A DNA stretch of 64,000 nt, from NCBI RefSeq assembly GCF_963921235.1, contig NC_086118.1, forward strand, positions 16,556,001 through 16,620,000, read 5' to 3'. This document shows positions 1-12,500 of this stretch, one piece after another. Position numbers and translations under genes: made by a program. Source of the DNA: Mobula hypostoma (Eukaryota). Position 1 is the first letter of the stretch. The number at the start of each line of letters is the position of its first letter. Below the pieces are notes generated by a model, which did not search any database, was not told the DNA's origin, and was given only the letters and a program-made list of their open reading frames with translations.

Positions 1-1487
1 CTCTCACTTCAGCAGTGCGTGCTACCTACCTGCTTCAAGCAGGTTTCAAATATACCAGTGCCCAAAAAGAGCATGGTGACCTGCCTCAATGACTATTGCC
101 TGGTAGTACTTACATCCACAGAGATGAAGTGTTTTGAGAGGTTGGTGATAAAACACATCAACTCCTGCCTGAAAACCAACTTAGATCCACTCCAATTTGC
201 CTACTGGAGTAACAGGCCCACAGCAGAAGCCACGTCATTGGCTCTTCACTCAACCCTAGAATATGTGGACAGCAAAGATGCATATATTAGGATGTTCTTT
301 ATTAACTACAGCTCAGCATTCAATACCATCACCTCCTCAAAACTAATCAATAAGCTTAAATACCTCGGTCTCAATACCTCCTTATGAAATTGGATCCTCG
401 ATTTCCTCATGTGCAGACCCCAGTCATTTCGGATTGGCAACAACGTCTCCTTCATGATCTCCATCAGCACAGGTAGGTGTGCTTTGTCCCCTGCTCTATT
501 CACTTTACACTTAAAACAGCGTGACCAAGCACAGCTCCACAGCCATATTCAAGTTTGCTCAGGACACCACTATTGCAGGCCAAATCAAAGGTGGTGATGA
601 ATCAGCAAACAGGAGAAAGACTTTAAATCTGGCTGAGTGGTGTCATAACAACAATCTCTTACTCAATGTCAATAAGACCAAGGAGCTGATTATTGACTTC
701 AGGAGAAGGAAACCAGAGTTTGCATTGGAGGATCAGAAGTGGAAAGTGTTATTATTTGGGAGGATATGTCCTGGACCTAGCACAGAAGTGCAATTACAAA
801 GAAAGTATGACAGTGCCTCTACTTCCTTTGGAGTTTGCAGAGATTCATCATGACATCTAAAGCTTTGACAAACTTCCATAGAAATGTAGTGGAGAGTAAA
901 TTTAATGGCTGCCACAGCCTGGTATGGAAACACCAATGCCCTTGAATGGAAAATCCTACAAAGATGTAGTTGATACAGCCCCGTTCATCATGGGTAAAGC
1001 CCTCCCCGCCATTGAGCACATTTATATGAAACGTTGTTGCAGGAAACTAGTATCCATCCTCAGGGTCCTCCAGCACCCAGGACGTGCTCTCCTCTTGATG
1101 CTGCCATCAGGAAGAAGGTACAAAAGCCTCAGGATTCATACCACCTGGTTCAGGAATAGTTACTACCTCTCAACCATCAGGCTCTTGAACCAAAGGGGAT
1201 AACTACATTCAATTTCACTTGCCAATGGATTCACTTTTAAGGACTCTTCATCTCATGATATTTATTTATTTATTTATTTATTTATTATTATATCTTTTTG
1301 TATTTGCAGTGTGTGTATTCTGCAGTCTGGTTGAACGCCCCAGTTAGGTGCTCTTTCATTCATTCTGTTATGGTCACTATTCTATAGATTTATTGAGTAT
1401 GCCCACAAGAAAATTAATCTCAGGGTTGTATATGGTGACATATTTGTACTTGGATAATAAAAAATACATTGTACCTTAAACTTTGAA
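1..1487 (+). mobile_element. Decayed Rex1/Babar-type LINE, RT region through 3' tail
   Basis: ORF pieces VVLTSTEMKCFERLV, LDPLQFAY, INYSSAFNTI, KFAQDTTIAG, LNVNKTKELIIDFRR and LPSGRRYKS occur in broken frames, followed by an AT-rich 3'UTR with an aataaa-like tail. Confidence 0.88.
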
Positions 1488-2554
1488 TAGTGGTCTCAAA
1501 GAAATTCTCAAATTTCTAACTGCAATACAGTTAAGAAGGTTGCCCAGCTTCAAAAGGGAGTCTGCAGTGACAGAGCATTAGGTCAGTTCTCTCGCTAACT
1601 CACGGATATTATTGAACAAACTGAACCAGGTTTTGAAGCTCTTTACAATTATTCCAATATGAGAAAGTACCCTAAATAAAAAAAATCTTTAAATTATTTT
1701 GAGCCTGGTGTTGCATGCTAATGCTTCTGGCTTTGTTTAGAATGGTTGGCCTTCGATAATTAGCTAGGTCCTAAACTTCCATTTACAGGCTGTCAAACAT
1801 GGAAAGCCTGTGGTTACTGGGAGACAGAGGAAGGTTGAATCTATAGCACTCAGCAGAAGATTCCATGCTTGCTGGCATTCCCCAGCACTGAACTGAGCAA
1901 ATTGTCTCTCATATCCTGTGCTGACTATAGGGCTTGTATTGGGAGGCTAGGATCAAACTGGCAGATTTAATTTTTAAAAAATATTTATAGTTACTTAGTT
2001 CAGATGGATCTGGTTGAACTATTCAAATGTTTAATATTTTTGTATTTACTTTGTTCAGTTTAAACAATTGTTAAATTTCTCTGAATGTTAAAATAACATT
2101 TTTCATAATTTCCTTCATAATGGAAAAACCAATTGGCTGTCAAAGCCTGCAAAGATGATGTACGGTGGGGGTGGGGGAAACAGCGTCTCCTCACTGTACT
2201 GTCCTACTCTGGGATGCTTCTGACTAGCTTAATTAGCTCTCCACATTTGAGCCAACCGTGAATGGGCTTGGGGAGGCTTCGGGGAGAGCTTCTGGGTGGA
2301 GAAGGCAGCCAGCAGTTTCCACCTCTGAGGTGGCAGAGGAGGCAGTAAATGGCAATGAATCCAATTAAGATCCCATGAAGAACTAAAATAAATGAAACGT
2401 TTCCTCCGTGGTCCACTAAGATCAATTAACAACCCCCCCATGTCAAAAAACATATACTGCTGTACACTGAAGGACAAAGCCATTTCCGTAACTCCTTACG
2501 ACATAGGTATCGATTTAGCCTGAGTCTATTCCAGACCACAGAACAATCACCTGT

Positions 2555-3095
2555 TCTTGTACATAAGAAATAGGAGCAGGAGTAGGTCATCTGGCCTGTC
2601 GAGCCTATCTTCCATACATTGCCATCAACTCTTACCAGATTCTGCCATTCGCTTACACATGATGGGCAATTTACAGTGGGTTATTAACATACCAACTCAC
2701 ACATCTTTGAGAGAAAACCAGAGCATTTTGGGGAAACTCACCATTCAGGGGTTGAATGTACAAACTCCACACAGGCTGTATTAGAACACAAGATGCTGGG
2801 GATGTGAGGCAGTACATCTGCTAGCTGCCTACAGATTTCCAATTACCTACTGTGGCACAGAAAGAGGCCGAGCTATTCACTGCATCCATACCAGCTCCTG
2901 TACATAATTTCCTCTAGTCTCATATCCCTTAAGTTCTGCAGCTTACTCTCTTGCACACATCCTAACTTACTTTTGACTCTTTCATTGCTTGAGGAACCCC
3001 ATTTTCATGGGGAGAAGGTGTAAACTCCCCACTGACAGGTCCCAAGATCAGGATCAAACTGGAGTCACTGCAACTGGGAGGCAGCAGCATCAACC
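2555..3095 (-). mobile_element. Cluster of short decayed CR1 3' tails and V-SINE fragments
   Basis: acataagaaataggagcaggagtagg is a reversed CR1 tail. gggcaatttacagtgg...caaactccacaca is a reversed V-SINE core. Confidence 0.55.
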
Positions 3096-3254
3096 TTCAG
3101 AGACAGGAAGGAAGGAGGCTTTGTTTCAACTACACTACAATGGTGATATATGTACACCAGTGGCGTGGAATGGCATCAAGTTCCCGACCAGAGCAATCTG
3201 GAATGAGTTCCATTTAGGGCCCCAAACAGTCCTCAGTGAGGTAACACCTGCGAA

Positions 3255-3875
3255 TCTGCTAGGATCATATATTGTATCGGGTGCTCCCGATACAGCTTCC
3301 TCTACATTGTAAATTTGGGGCCACTTTGTTGAGCACCTCCGCTCCATCTGCCAAAAGAGGAAATTCCCGGTGGCCAAACACATTAATTCCAATTCCCATT
3401 CCTGTTTTGACATATTGATCCATGGCCTCCTCGTGTGCCAAGATGAAGCCATTCTCAGGGCGGAGGAGCAAAACCTTGTATTCCATCTCGGTAGCCTCCA
3501 GCTTGATGGCATGAATATTGATTTCTCCTTCTGGTAAAATTTTTTTTTCCTTCCTCTTCCCCTCTTCTTCTATTCACCACTCTGGCCTTTTACCTGCCGA
3601 TCACTTCCCCCAGGTCCTGGCCTCCTTCCCTTTCTCCTGTGGTCCACTCTCCTTTCCTATCAGATCCCTTCTCCAGCCCTTTACTTTTCTCAACACCTGG
3701 CTTCACCTATCACCTACCAGCAAGCCCCTTCCCCCTCCCCCCACCTTTTTATTCAGCATCTTCCCCCCTTCCTTTCCACTCATGAAGAAGGTCGTGGCCT
3801 GAAATGTTGACTGTAAATTTATTTCCATAGAGGCTGCCTGACTTGCTGAGCTCCTCCAGCATTTCGTGTGTGTTG
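3255..3875 (+). mobile_element. Penelope-like element 3' fragment (GIY-YIG C-terminus and pyrimidine-rich tail)
   Basis: A plus frame encodes HFVEHLRSICQKRKFPVAKH...HGLLVCQDEAILRAEEQ...LQLDGMNIDFS. The tail ends in a degenerate hammerhead-like motif and gctgcctgacttgctgagctcctccagc. Confidence 0.85.
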
Positions 3876-4398
3876 TGATGAAGAGTCCACTGAATGTGCC
3901 AGACTGAAAGGATGGATTTACCTTGAAGGCATTGGAATAGCTATGTCAAATCCATGTTGTCTTTAGTAATTTTATACAGGTTTCCACAAGCCTTGAATAC
4001 TGAATGCATATACTTTTAGAGAGTGCATGATACTTGCAGGCACATGAAGAAATCTCAAGATATAGCTATTACGTTAGGGTAAAGAGGTTCAACTACAAGA
4101 CCAGGTACATTCCTAGACAAGTTTTCACATTTGATGGTGCACCCCTACCTCCATCTTCCATTTCTTCCCTTTCACCTTTAGCTGTTTAAAAAGGTACATA
4201 ATGAACATTCATTTTTCCCCTGTTCATTAGATAGCACCTTGCTCTCAATCTTTGAAACATTCCATGCTAATCTGTTACAGGTAGACTCTCTCCAGTCTAG
4301 CACCCATGGGTCATAATGGATGCCGGACCACAGAAATTCCTCTGAGCAAGAGAGGGTTCTGAGAACTGCAATTTGAGCTCTCTGTAAATTGGAAATGC

Positions 4399-4670
4399 GG
4401 GCAGCACAGTGGTGTAATATTTAGGGCAACACTTTACAGTACCAGCGAGCTGGGTTCGATTCTCGCTGACGTCTGTAAGGAGTTTGTATGTTCTTCTTGT
4501 GACCATGTGGGTTTCCTCTGGGTGTTGCAGTTTCCTCCCACAGTCCAAAGGCATGCCAGTTGGAAGGTTAATTGGTCATTGTAAATTGTCCCATGATTAG
4601 GCCAGGGTTAAAACAGGAGTTGAAGGGCAGCAAGGGCCTCTTCCACAATGTATCTCACTAAATAAATAAA
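4399..4670 (+). mobile_element. tRNA-derived V-SINE (HE1-like)
   Basis: Box A/B-like head (ggttcgattc), core gtgggtttcctctgggtg...tttcctcccacagtccaaag and an (aaat)n tail. Confidence 0.85.
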
Positions 4671-4734
4671 TTTGGTTGTACAGGTAGGTTAATTAGCTAT
4701 AATTAGTTAATAAGTTCAAATTAATGAATTAGTA

Positions 4735-5268
4735 TAGACCTATATACTTGGAGTATTATGTCCAGTTCTGGTCACCTCACTATAGGAAGGATGTGGAAGC
4801 ATTGGAAAGGGTACAGAGGAGATTTACCAGGATGCTGCCTGGTTTAGAAAGTATGCATTATGATCAGAGATTAAGGGAGCTAGGGCTTTACTCTTTGGAG
4901 AGGAGGAGGATGAGAGGAGACATGATAGAGGTGTACAAGATAATAAGAGGAATAGATAGAGAGGATAGTCAGCGCCTCTTCCCCAGGGCACCACTGCTCA
5001 ATACAAGAGGACATGGCTTTAGGGTAAGGGGTGGGAAGTTCAAGGGGGATTTTAGAGGAAGGTTTTTTACTCAGAGAGTGGTTGGTGCGTGGAATGCACT
5101 GCCTGAGTCAGTGGTGGAGGCAGATACACTAGTGAAGTTTAAGAGACTACTAGACAGGTATATGGAGGAATCTAAGGTGGGGGCTTATATGGGAGGCAGG
5201 GTTTGAGGGTCGGCACAACATTTTGGGCCGAAGGGCCTGTACTGTGCTGTACTATTCTATGTTCTATA
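4735..5268 (+). mobile_element. 5'-truncated CR1 LINE, well preserved ORF2 C-terminus
   Basis: Uninterrupted ORF 4748-5206 (EYYVQFWSPHYRKDVEALERVQRRFTRMLPG...TRGHG...FFTQRVV), then a CR1-type 3'UTR and attctatgttctat tail. Confidence 0.93.
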
Positions 5269-5656
5269 TTACAGATTCAAAACTTTCCAACTCACAGAAA
5301 GCCAGTCTAGAAAGTTTCAACCAACAGTCACTTTTCCATTTATCTAATTGATGTTTCTGAAACTCAAGAAGGAGCTTTGCAAAATCCATGGTATTCCAGG
5401 TTCTCTCTTCAATTTTATTTGGATGTGCCTGGTAGTGTTGAAGTGCAGTTCCAGTCCTCAGCTGTTCACTGGAAGGGGAATTAATTTTAAATGAGATAAT
5501 TAAGAATTACTTTCATTAGTTTAACTGGTTAAAAAGAATCTCAGGGCTGTATATGGTGACATGCATGTACTCTGAAATAAAATTTTTACTTTGAACTGTT
5601 TGAGCATATTGGTTTCTGATGCTGACTCTCATCTCTTGGAGAAACCAAGTGGCTGC

Positions 5657-6510
5657 TGTGATGAGAATACACATAAATTAAGATGTTTGCTGGCCTGGCC
5701 TTGCACCAGTGGCATCAGCAGTGGTCTGCCACCTGTCCTCGGGGAGGGAGAGATAAGGAACAATGAAGCAGCATTTGGAGATGTTAATGAAGGAGCTGGG
5801 TATTGTCAAGATTGGCTCCCCCCCTTTGAACCCTGAACTGTTTGAAGTGATGGACAGGCGATACCCCAGCAGGGGGATAAAAAGGGACAGGTTCGCTAAG
5901 GCAGGACACACACGACACTCGAGGTAACGAGACCCTGGAAGCGGTGCGCCTCTCACGATTCGGTGGGAAGTACCGGGCCACAAACGCACAGGGTGGAAAG
6001 GTACGATCAGCGGGAACCCGGTGTGTGTCCACCCTTGCTTGGGTGCCGGGTTCACTGCAGACGATCGACCGCACCTGGAGGAGGGATCACAGTCGGTGAC
6101 CCCAGGTGACATCACAAAGGACTCGCCCGAAAGCTGCTTGTGAGCAATATCGCCGGTCTGTGAGTGGAAGCCGTTTCTGAATGATCAGTCGTTCTCGTTC
6201 TCTCTCTCCCTCCCCCCACATTGTCCATCGCCATGGCAACGATTACTGCGAACTGAACTAAATTGAACTGGACTTTGTGTCACTTTGAAATTGGTCATTT
6301 ACCCCTAGACAACGATAGAGCTTGATTGATCCTGTTATCTTAATTCTGTGCACATGTGTGTTTATCATTGCTGATCTGTTGCATTTATTATCCTTTCGAT
6401 TACTGTGTTGCTTGTTTCTTTAATAAAACTTTCTTAGTTCTAGTAATCCAGACTCCAACTGAGTGATCCATTTCTGCTGGTTTGGCAACCCAGTTACAGG
6501 GTACGTAACA
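5657..6510 (+). mobile_element. Solo LTR, 854 bp, probably Gypsy-type
   Basis: TGTGA...TAACA termini, exact 4-bp TSD ctgc (5653-5656 and 6511-6514), AATAAA at ~6422 and many retained CpGs. Confidence 0.85.
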
Positions 6511-6738
6511 CTGCTTTTTTAGAAAACTGGAATCAGAGTACAATCCAATTCCTGGGTTACTCAGGGGTACACTGAAAGTGGAAATCATGTAATGTGAAGT
6601 ACCAAATCAATGAGAAATAGCGGGTTAGGGACCTTGATAACCTTAACTTGGAACATCCAGATATTCAACTGCAAACTAACAGATTTATTAAAGGTATTAT
6701 TAATTTTTTTTTCACAATGGCAATTAAGCATATTAGTA

Positions 6739-7798
6739 CAGTGGTTTCTGTTTAATTGGGGAACATCAGGACAGGTACATTTTGGCCTATTTAAGTGGCT
6801 GCCCGAATTAGCCGAAATTTGATGGAAAGAGTTTAAAAAAATAAAAAAGACAAACTTCTGTTCAACTGCATAACAAATTATGTATTTAAATGAAATACTG
6901 AATTAGAGCACTAGAAATACTACTGGTGGTTGCCCGTTGTATCCGACGACGAAAAGAAACCGTGTGCGAGAGTTCTCAAAATGAAAATGCTGTTGTACTC
7001 TGACAGTTGCACTCTCGTGACCTCGGAAGTCCCAGCCCAGTGGAACAAGTAAACATTTCCCCTGGTTGCAGTGGATGACCACAACTTCTTCTGTACTTCA
7101 TTGTGCCCTTTGTTCTCCACGTAGCGCTAGAGAACCACCTTCCTGGCCGTTGGATCACATTGTAGGTCTCATCCGCCCAGTTCACCGGAATTGACTTTGC
7201 ATGTCCCTGACTCACTGGGGAACAAAACCTGCTGGTACCCTCACCTGGTTCATTCCACCTGCCAGAGCGTGTAACAGGTGGGGTACACCTGGCTACTTAG
7301 GGTCACAGGTGAGAGCTGAGTGTCTGATGGGGACCAAATGTAACATTCAAGATGATTGTCGATCCCTTCAGTTCTTCATAATTCCTAACTTTTTTTGAAG
7401 TAGTGATATAATTTCTTTTTCACTCCCAGCCATTTCTGGAATTTCCAAGTCTAAATGCTTGAAACCGCCATGAGCAAAAATTCTGATTCGTCTTACCAAC
7501 AGTATTGTCTTGCCTGAGTCTCGCCAACAATCAGTGAAAAAAAAATCACTGGTTCTTAAACACACAAGTGATGTTATTTAAAAACTGTTAGCTCTAAAAA
7601 TGGTGTCTAAAAGCCACACAAATGGCGCTAATTAGAACCTGTTCTGGAATAGTTTCCTGTCCCAATTAAGCAGTACAGTGTCCTGAATAAATAAAAGGAT
7701 CTCCGGCTATTTTCTCGATTAGTTTTCGTTCTTTAAGAGTTGTCCCAAATAAGCCGCTGCCCCGATTAACCAATGACCCAATTAACCAGGGTCCACTG
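6739..7798. mobile_element. Non-autonomous Tc1/mariner (Tigger/pogo-like) element with a nested insertion
   Basis: Imperfect ~22-bp TIRs cagtggtttctgtttaattggg / cccaattaaccagggtccactg. Left flank is TA; right flank is TG (presumed mutated TA). Confidence 0.75.
6924..7340 (-). mobile_element. GC-richer nested repeat, possibly an RTE-related non-autonomous retroelement
   Basis: Abrupt compositional change inside the Tigger-like element. It resembles RTE-associated non-coding sequence by recall only. Confidence 0.45.
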
Positions 7799-9463
7799 TG
7801 TATAGTAATTTCTGGGCTGATTAGAGATGTACAGCCAAACAAAGAGATGGATAATTACAGCTTTCATCACACCCAACGGAAGTGATAGCGGAGAACTGGA
7901 TCTGCATTGTCTGCCTACCTCATCTCCTTTATCTGTATAAAAGAAGCCAGTTCATCTCTGAGATGCAGATAAAAATGGGGGAACAAAATATGAAGGGTTA
8001 TTTTCAAAAATGATAGTGCAAGACTAAAACTGCTCCAGGAGCTCCAACCGTCTTTCGGCTATCATTGGTCATTTGTTTTGCTTCAAGTATGCATCAGAAG
8101 GTGGCTTTTCTGGAAGATAAGTGAAGTCAATTTTCTTTTAATCTATTTGTACAGTTTCCTCAATAACATCTCAAAGCGTCAACAATGCATTTGGTATCTT
8201 GTTAGCTGCTTCTCTTTTAGCGTACTCCTCCATGGCTTTATACACTTGAACCACAGAAATGAGAGATCAGAAGCTACCTAGCTGTCCCTTATTGTGTGAA
8301 TGAGTGGCTGAAGAAGACAACAAGATAGTTCACTATTCCACTTTATAAATCAACTGAATGCAAAACCTAAAAGAAGCTTGCAGAGGTCCATTACTATCTT
8401 TAGTGTTCATTTCATACTTTCAGTGGTCAATTTAAAGCAAATTTAGTAAGTATACGAAACGCTGAATTTCTTATGAGTAAATTATTTTCGGGTGTTGACC
8501 TGTCTTTTGGTGCTTTGCGGGCACATGCTCTCTGAACTGGTATTCTTACTTGGTTGGCAGAAGTCACATTGTAATCTGAGTGGGTTTGGTACTGTCAGTC
8601 ATAAATCTAATTCAATCTCACAATGTGGACATCCACTGTTTTCAACAAGGATAGATTGTAACCTTTCGGAACACCATACCAGCAAGAAAATAGTCAAGGG
8701 AATTAACATACACAATTATCATTCCTGTCACAGAAGAATTGCATTCTTATCACCAGCAAACAACAATAAATAAAGGCTGGAATTGGAGGGAAAGGAACTT
8801 TGACATTAGCTTTCAACATACTATTGGAAACATAACTACCCATTGCAATGTGAACTCCAATGTTAAAATGCCTGACCCAGGAAAAAACAAAGTAACGCAC
8901 ACAACATGCTGGAGGAATCTAGCAGATCAGGCAGCAAAATCGGTTGACTTTCAGAAAAGTAGAGAGATATCTCTATATGCACGCTAAAAGGAAAAATGTG
9001 AAATATTCTAACATTCCTTAAAGCAACACATCGCAGTAAGAATAAACCTTGCTGTGTGAAAAGGTGACAATCTGGAAACTGTTTCAAGATGCTAGTTTCT
9101 ACTTCGGTGAATTTATTATAAGGTTTTGGGGGAGGTACAGCCCCACCAAATAAAGGTAGCCCACAGTCAAAAGAACAATGCAAGATCACTTCAGCTCAAA
9201 ACATTTTCCAAATATATCTGCATATGTTTTGAAACTGCCCATGAACAATGTCTCTGTGCTCACAGTGGGAACGATAGCTGGACTGGTTGTTGACAGAAAA
9301 TCAAGGACAGAACTTACACACTTACATCCATTTACAGACTGCACAACTGATTCTCTCTCCCTCTCTCTATGGAAGTAAGCACATTGTCCAATTTAATTTC
9401 TGAATAGCTATTTGAATTAATACCAGTCACAACAATTGCCACCCTGGTATTGGGATTCCATAC

Positions 9464-9519
9464 CTTGGCTCGTTCCAGACTCTTTCTTTGGTCGTGGTAC
9501 GCAGCTGGACTCTTTAGAG
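9464..9519 (-). CDS. myocd: Myocardin coding exon 3 (PLKSPAAYHDQRKSLERAK)
   Basis: ctgtag|CTCTAAAGAGTCCAGCTGCGTACCACGACCAAAGAAAGAGTCTGGAACGAGCCAAG|gtatgg. The exon is 56 nt and in frame with exon 2, and encodes the myocardin/MRTF RPEL1-RPEL2 linker. Confidence 0.96.
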
Positions 9520-12500
9520 CTACAGTAACAAACAGAACAAATACAGACTGATTAGCAGGTAGATCAGCTAATTCCCATTTCTAAAATGCCCATCGTTATT
9601 GATAAATACCAGCCTGCCATAGAAAATCTCAGAGGATCCCATATCAACTTTGTGATGACACAAATTACCCTTTCATCAAAAAGTAATTTCAGAGTTCTTC
9701 TAAACATACTAAGATTATATATAACTAACATGCAATTTCAATACCATCTGTAGAAATATAGTGTATGATAATAAAGCATTAAAATTGTACTCTTTACATG
9801 TTCTATGCTGAATTCTGCCGTGTTTAATTGAAGTCTTGAAGTTAGCAACTTATCAGATATGCAACACAACTAGACGTTAACCAAACATCTGAAATTCATT
9901 TGCAACATTTAACAAATAGCTTCTGCTAATTTAGGTACCTTATGAAATCATGTGAGTTTGTGTTTGTGTGGGTGATTCAATCCAGCACATCCAATTTACT
10001 ATTAAAATTCCAGAGTGAATCATTGTAGAAAATGTTCCCATTTCTCTCAATCCCACATTAATCTTAACGTGTACTGAATGCATGAGGAATTTAACTACTT
10101 AAAAAACTGCACTTGAAAAAGTGGTTGTTCTTAGCTTATGAACTAAGATGATGTCGGGGGTGAAGTTGATGGAAGCTTCCTGAAATAAATAGCTATTATA
10201 CACTGCAGTGAATAATTGCACAACAAACTCTGTGTTATCTATGTACAGCTATCTTGAGTTTGCTGGTGATAAATACGGTTAAATTGTACTTAGTAATTAA
10301 TCTTCCAGAATTTAGTTACATTGGCATAGCCATGTGAAAAAAATCTTGCTCTTTGGCAAACTGCATGAATTTTCTCCTCTGTAATGAGTGTAAAACTGCA
10401 TCAAGGACCTATCATTTCCAACTAAGTGAAGCAGAGCATCTCCTCCATTTAATAAGGGACTTTAGCAGATGTAATCCTTATCCTTTCACCTGACAGCTGT
10501 GATGGCATTGAAACTGAGGTACAAAATTTCGACTTCAGCAAACGTTATCTTTGCTTTTTCCAAGTTACAGATAGTTATCTTTCAATTTTGCCTTATGCAC
10601 CTGGTTTATGTACTTTTCATCCACAAACAGTAAAGTCAAGAGTCAAGTGTGATTACTTCAAGTGAAAAATGAAGTTGCAAAGAGAACTGAAGTACACCGG
10701 TGCAGAAATTGCAAAGCACCTGAATTGGGGGGGAGGGGGAGGGGGAGGGAGGAACGGGGGTCATTTGTCCACCAGCATCATCTGGTACCAGTCAGTCAGT
10801 CGCAGCACCAGTTACTGCCCCAAGACGCAGCTCGCTGGCCTGCAGAAGTAGGGAGACTGGCCAGGTGGAGTGACAAACAGAATCTGAGACATTTGGATTG
10901 TAAGGTTTCCCAGCATGCTTTGCTAGAGCATGGCCAGACAAAATCTGAAGCTGTGGGAGATGCTACATCAGGTTACCAAATGCTTTTAATGCATCTGAAA
11001 GAAGCAAATGGTGATGAAAAGAGATTTAGAACAGAAGATGATAATTAGAGTGCATCACAATTCTGGAATATTGATAAACTGCAATTGTATTAATGCCATC
11101 TAGATTAATACATAACTACACAATGCAATAACATAAACTAAAACACAATCACAACATCGTATGACAATGATACTGTACATTATTTAGGGAAGGAAAGCTG
11201 ACATTCTTAACTGATTTGGGATTTCTTATAAAAGAAGCTCTGGGCACACCAACATACTGTGATTGATTCTTGCCTGCTTGATCATGGGCAATTAGGGTTG
11301 GACAATGGATGCTAGCATTGCTGCATATCCCATTAACAAATGAAAAACAATACACCAAATTTCACTGTCCAATAATATTTGACTTCTGGTAATTCTACCC
11401 AAGTTTTATGCATAAACCTGTGAAAGAAGTGAGGTTTTCTAATCTGACATCCTTATGCATATGGGTGTGAATATCAGGAAATTTTGCAGCTTCAGTTTCT
11501 GATCTCCCCACTTTTTGGAATATACAGATATAATGCAATTTCCTATAGATGACAAAGGTGCGACACCCTGGAAAATCCTTCATTGAATAATGTAGTAGAT
11601 ACACTTTCCAAAGACGACAGCTACATCAGGATTAGAATTGCTGTTCACATACCGGCATATATCTCCTCTTCAACGAAACTTTGGCAGTGAGTCAACGTTG
11701 AACAGCATTAAACTAAGGTTCATCCCAACAGTAAGAGTCTCCACACTGTGTGGGGCACTTGAGTACTTTTTTTGTGATTGAATTAAGCGTGTTCTGCATT
11801 TGGCACTGGAAATTAAGCACCAGTGATTATCTGGACCCTCAGAAACTTTGCTTACTGTGTCACTGACTTCCATTTAGCCACACCAGCATGGCTGAAATGT
11901 CTGACCTTTCACCTTTTTGAATGGAGCTGGGAGGAATGTTTTTCAGATAAGCAGCTTTCTTTTTTTTTTGATCTTAATGGTCAGGCCCAAATCAAACTTG
12001 CAATCTTTTGGAAAAAAATTCTTTCATGTTGCTTCATTTGCACAGAAGTACAGCGACTTCAGCTGTGTCTGTTCTACAATGGGACAAGAAACTATAAGCT
12101 TCTGACATTATTACAAACTGGCCCAAACTGACAGTGCTGCAGGGAAGATTATTAGTGAAAATGTTAATAACCAAACCCTGAACTATACAGAAGTCCAAAC
12201 ACAGCTATCAAAGTTTGCTTGGTAGCTTTGTCTGCTTACTTTGCACCTTGAAGAAAAGAGATGTGCCACTTAGTCACCTAATCTATTGACCTTTCAGCCT
12301 GAATACCCCTTCAAGCGTTAACAAGCACAGAAGTCACATGTTCAGACTACAGTTATGTAATGTCTATGATAAAGCACAAAGTGATCATTGCCAGATCATG
12401 TCCTGTTCATTTAGTAAGGTCACTAAAATGATATGCCAAAGCCAATGTTAACCGAATAATTTGCTCTTTGTGTGGCTCTCAACAGCATCTAAAATCTCAT

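Noticed and set aside
5678..6115. 145-aa and 96-aa minus-strand ORFs
   Set aside because: They lie inside the solo LTR, show no gag/pol motifs and are explained by GC-rich sequence.
1..9463. Myocardin exon 4 (RPEL2, expected ...MHIL...)
   Set aside because: No suitable minus-strand exon found. The nearest look-alike at ~8082-8093 reads ATG CAT ACT TGA and stops. The exon is probably outside the window, though I may have missed it by eye.
10662..11048. 128-aa plus-strand ORF
   Set aside because: Non-ATG start, low-complexity G-run, no recognisable domain or splice context.
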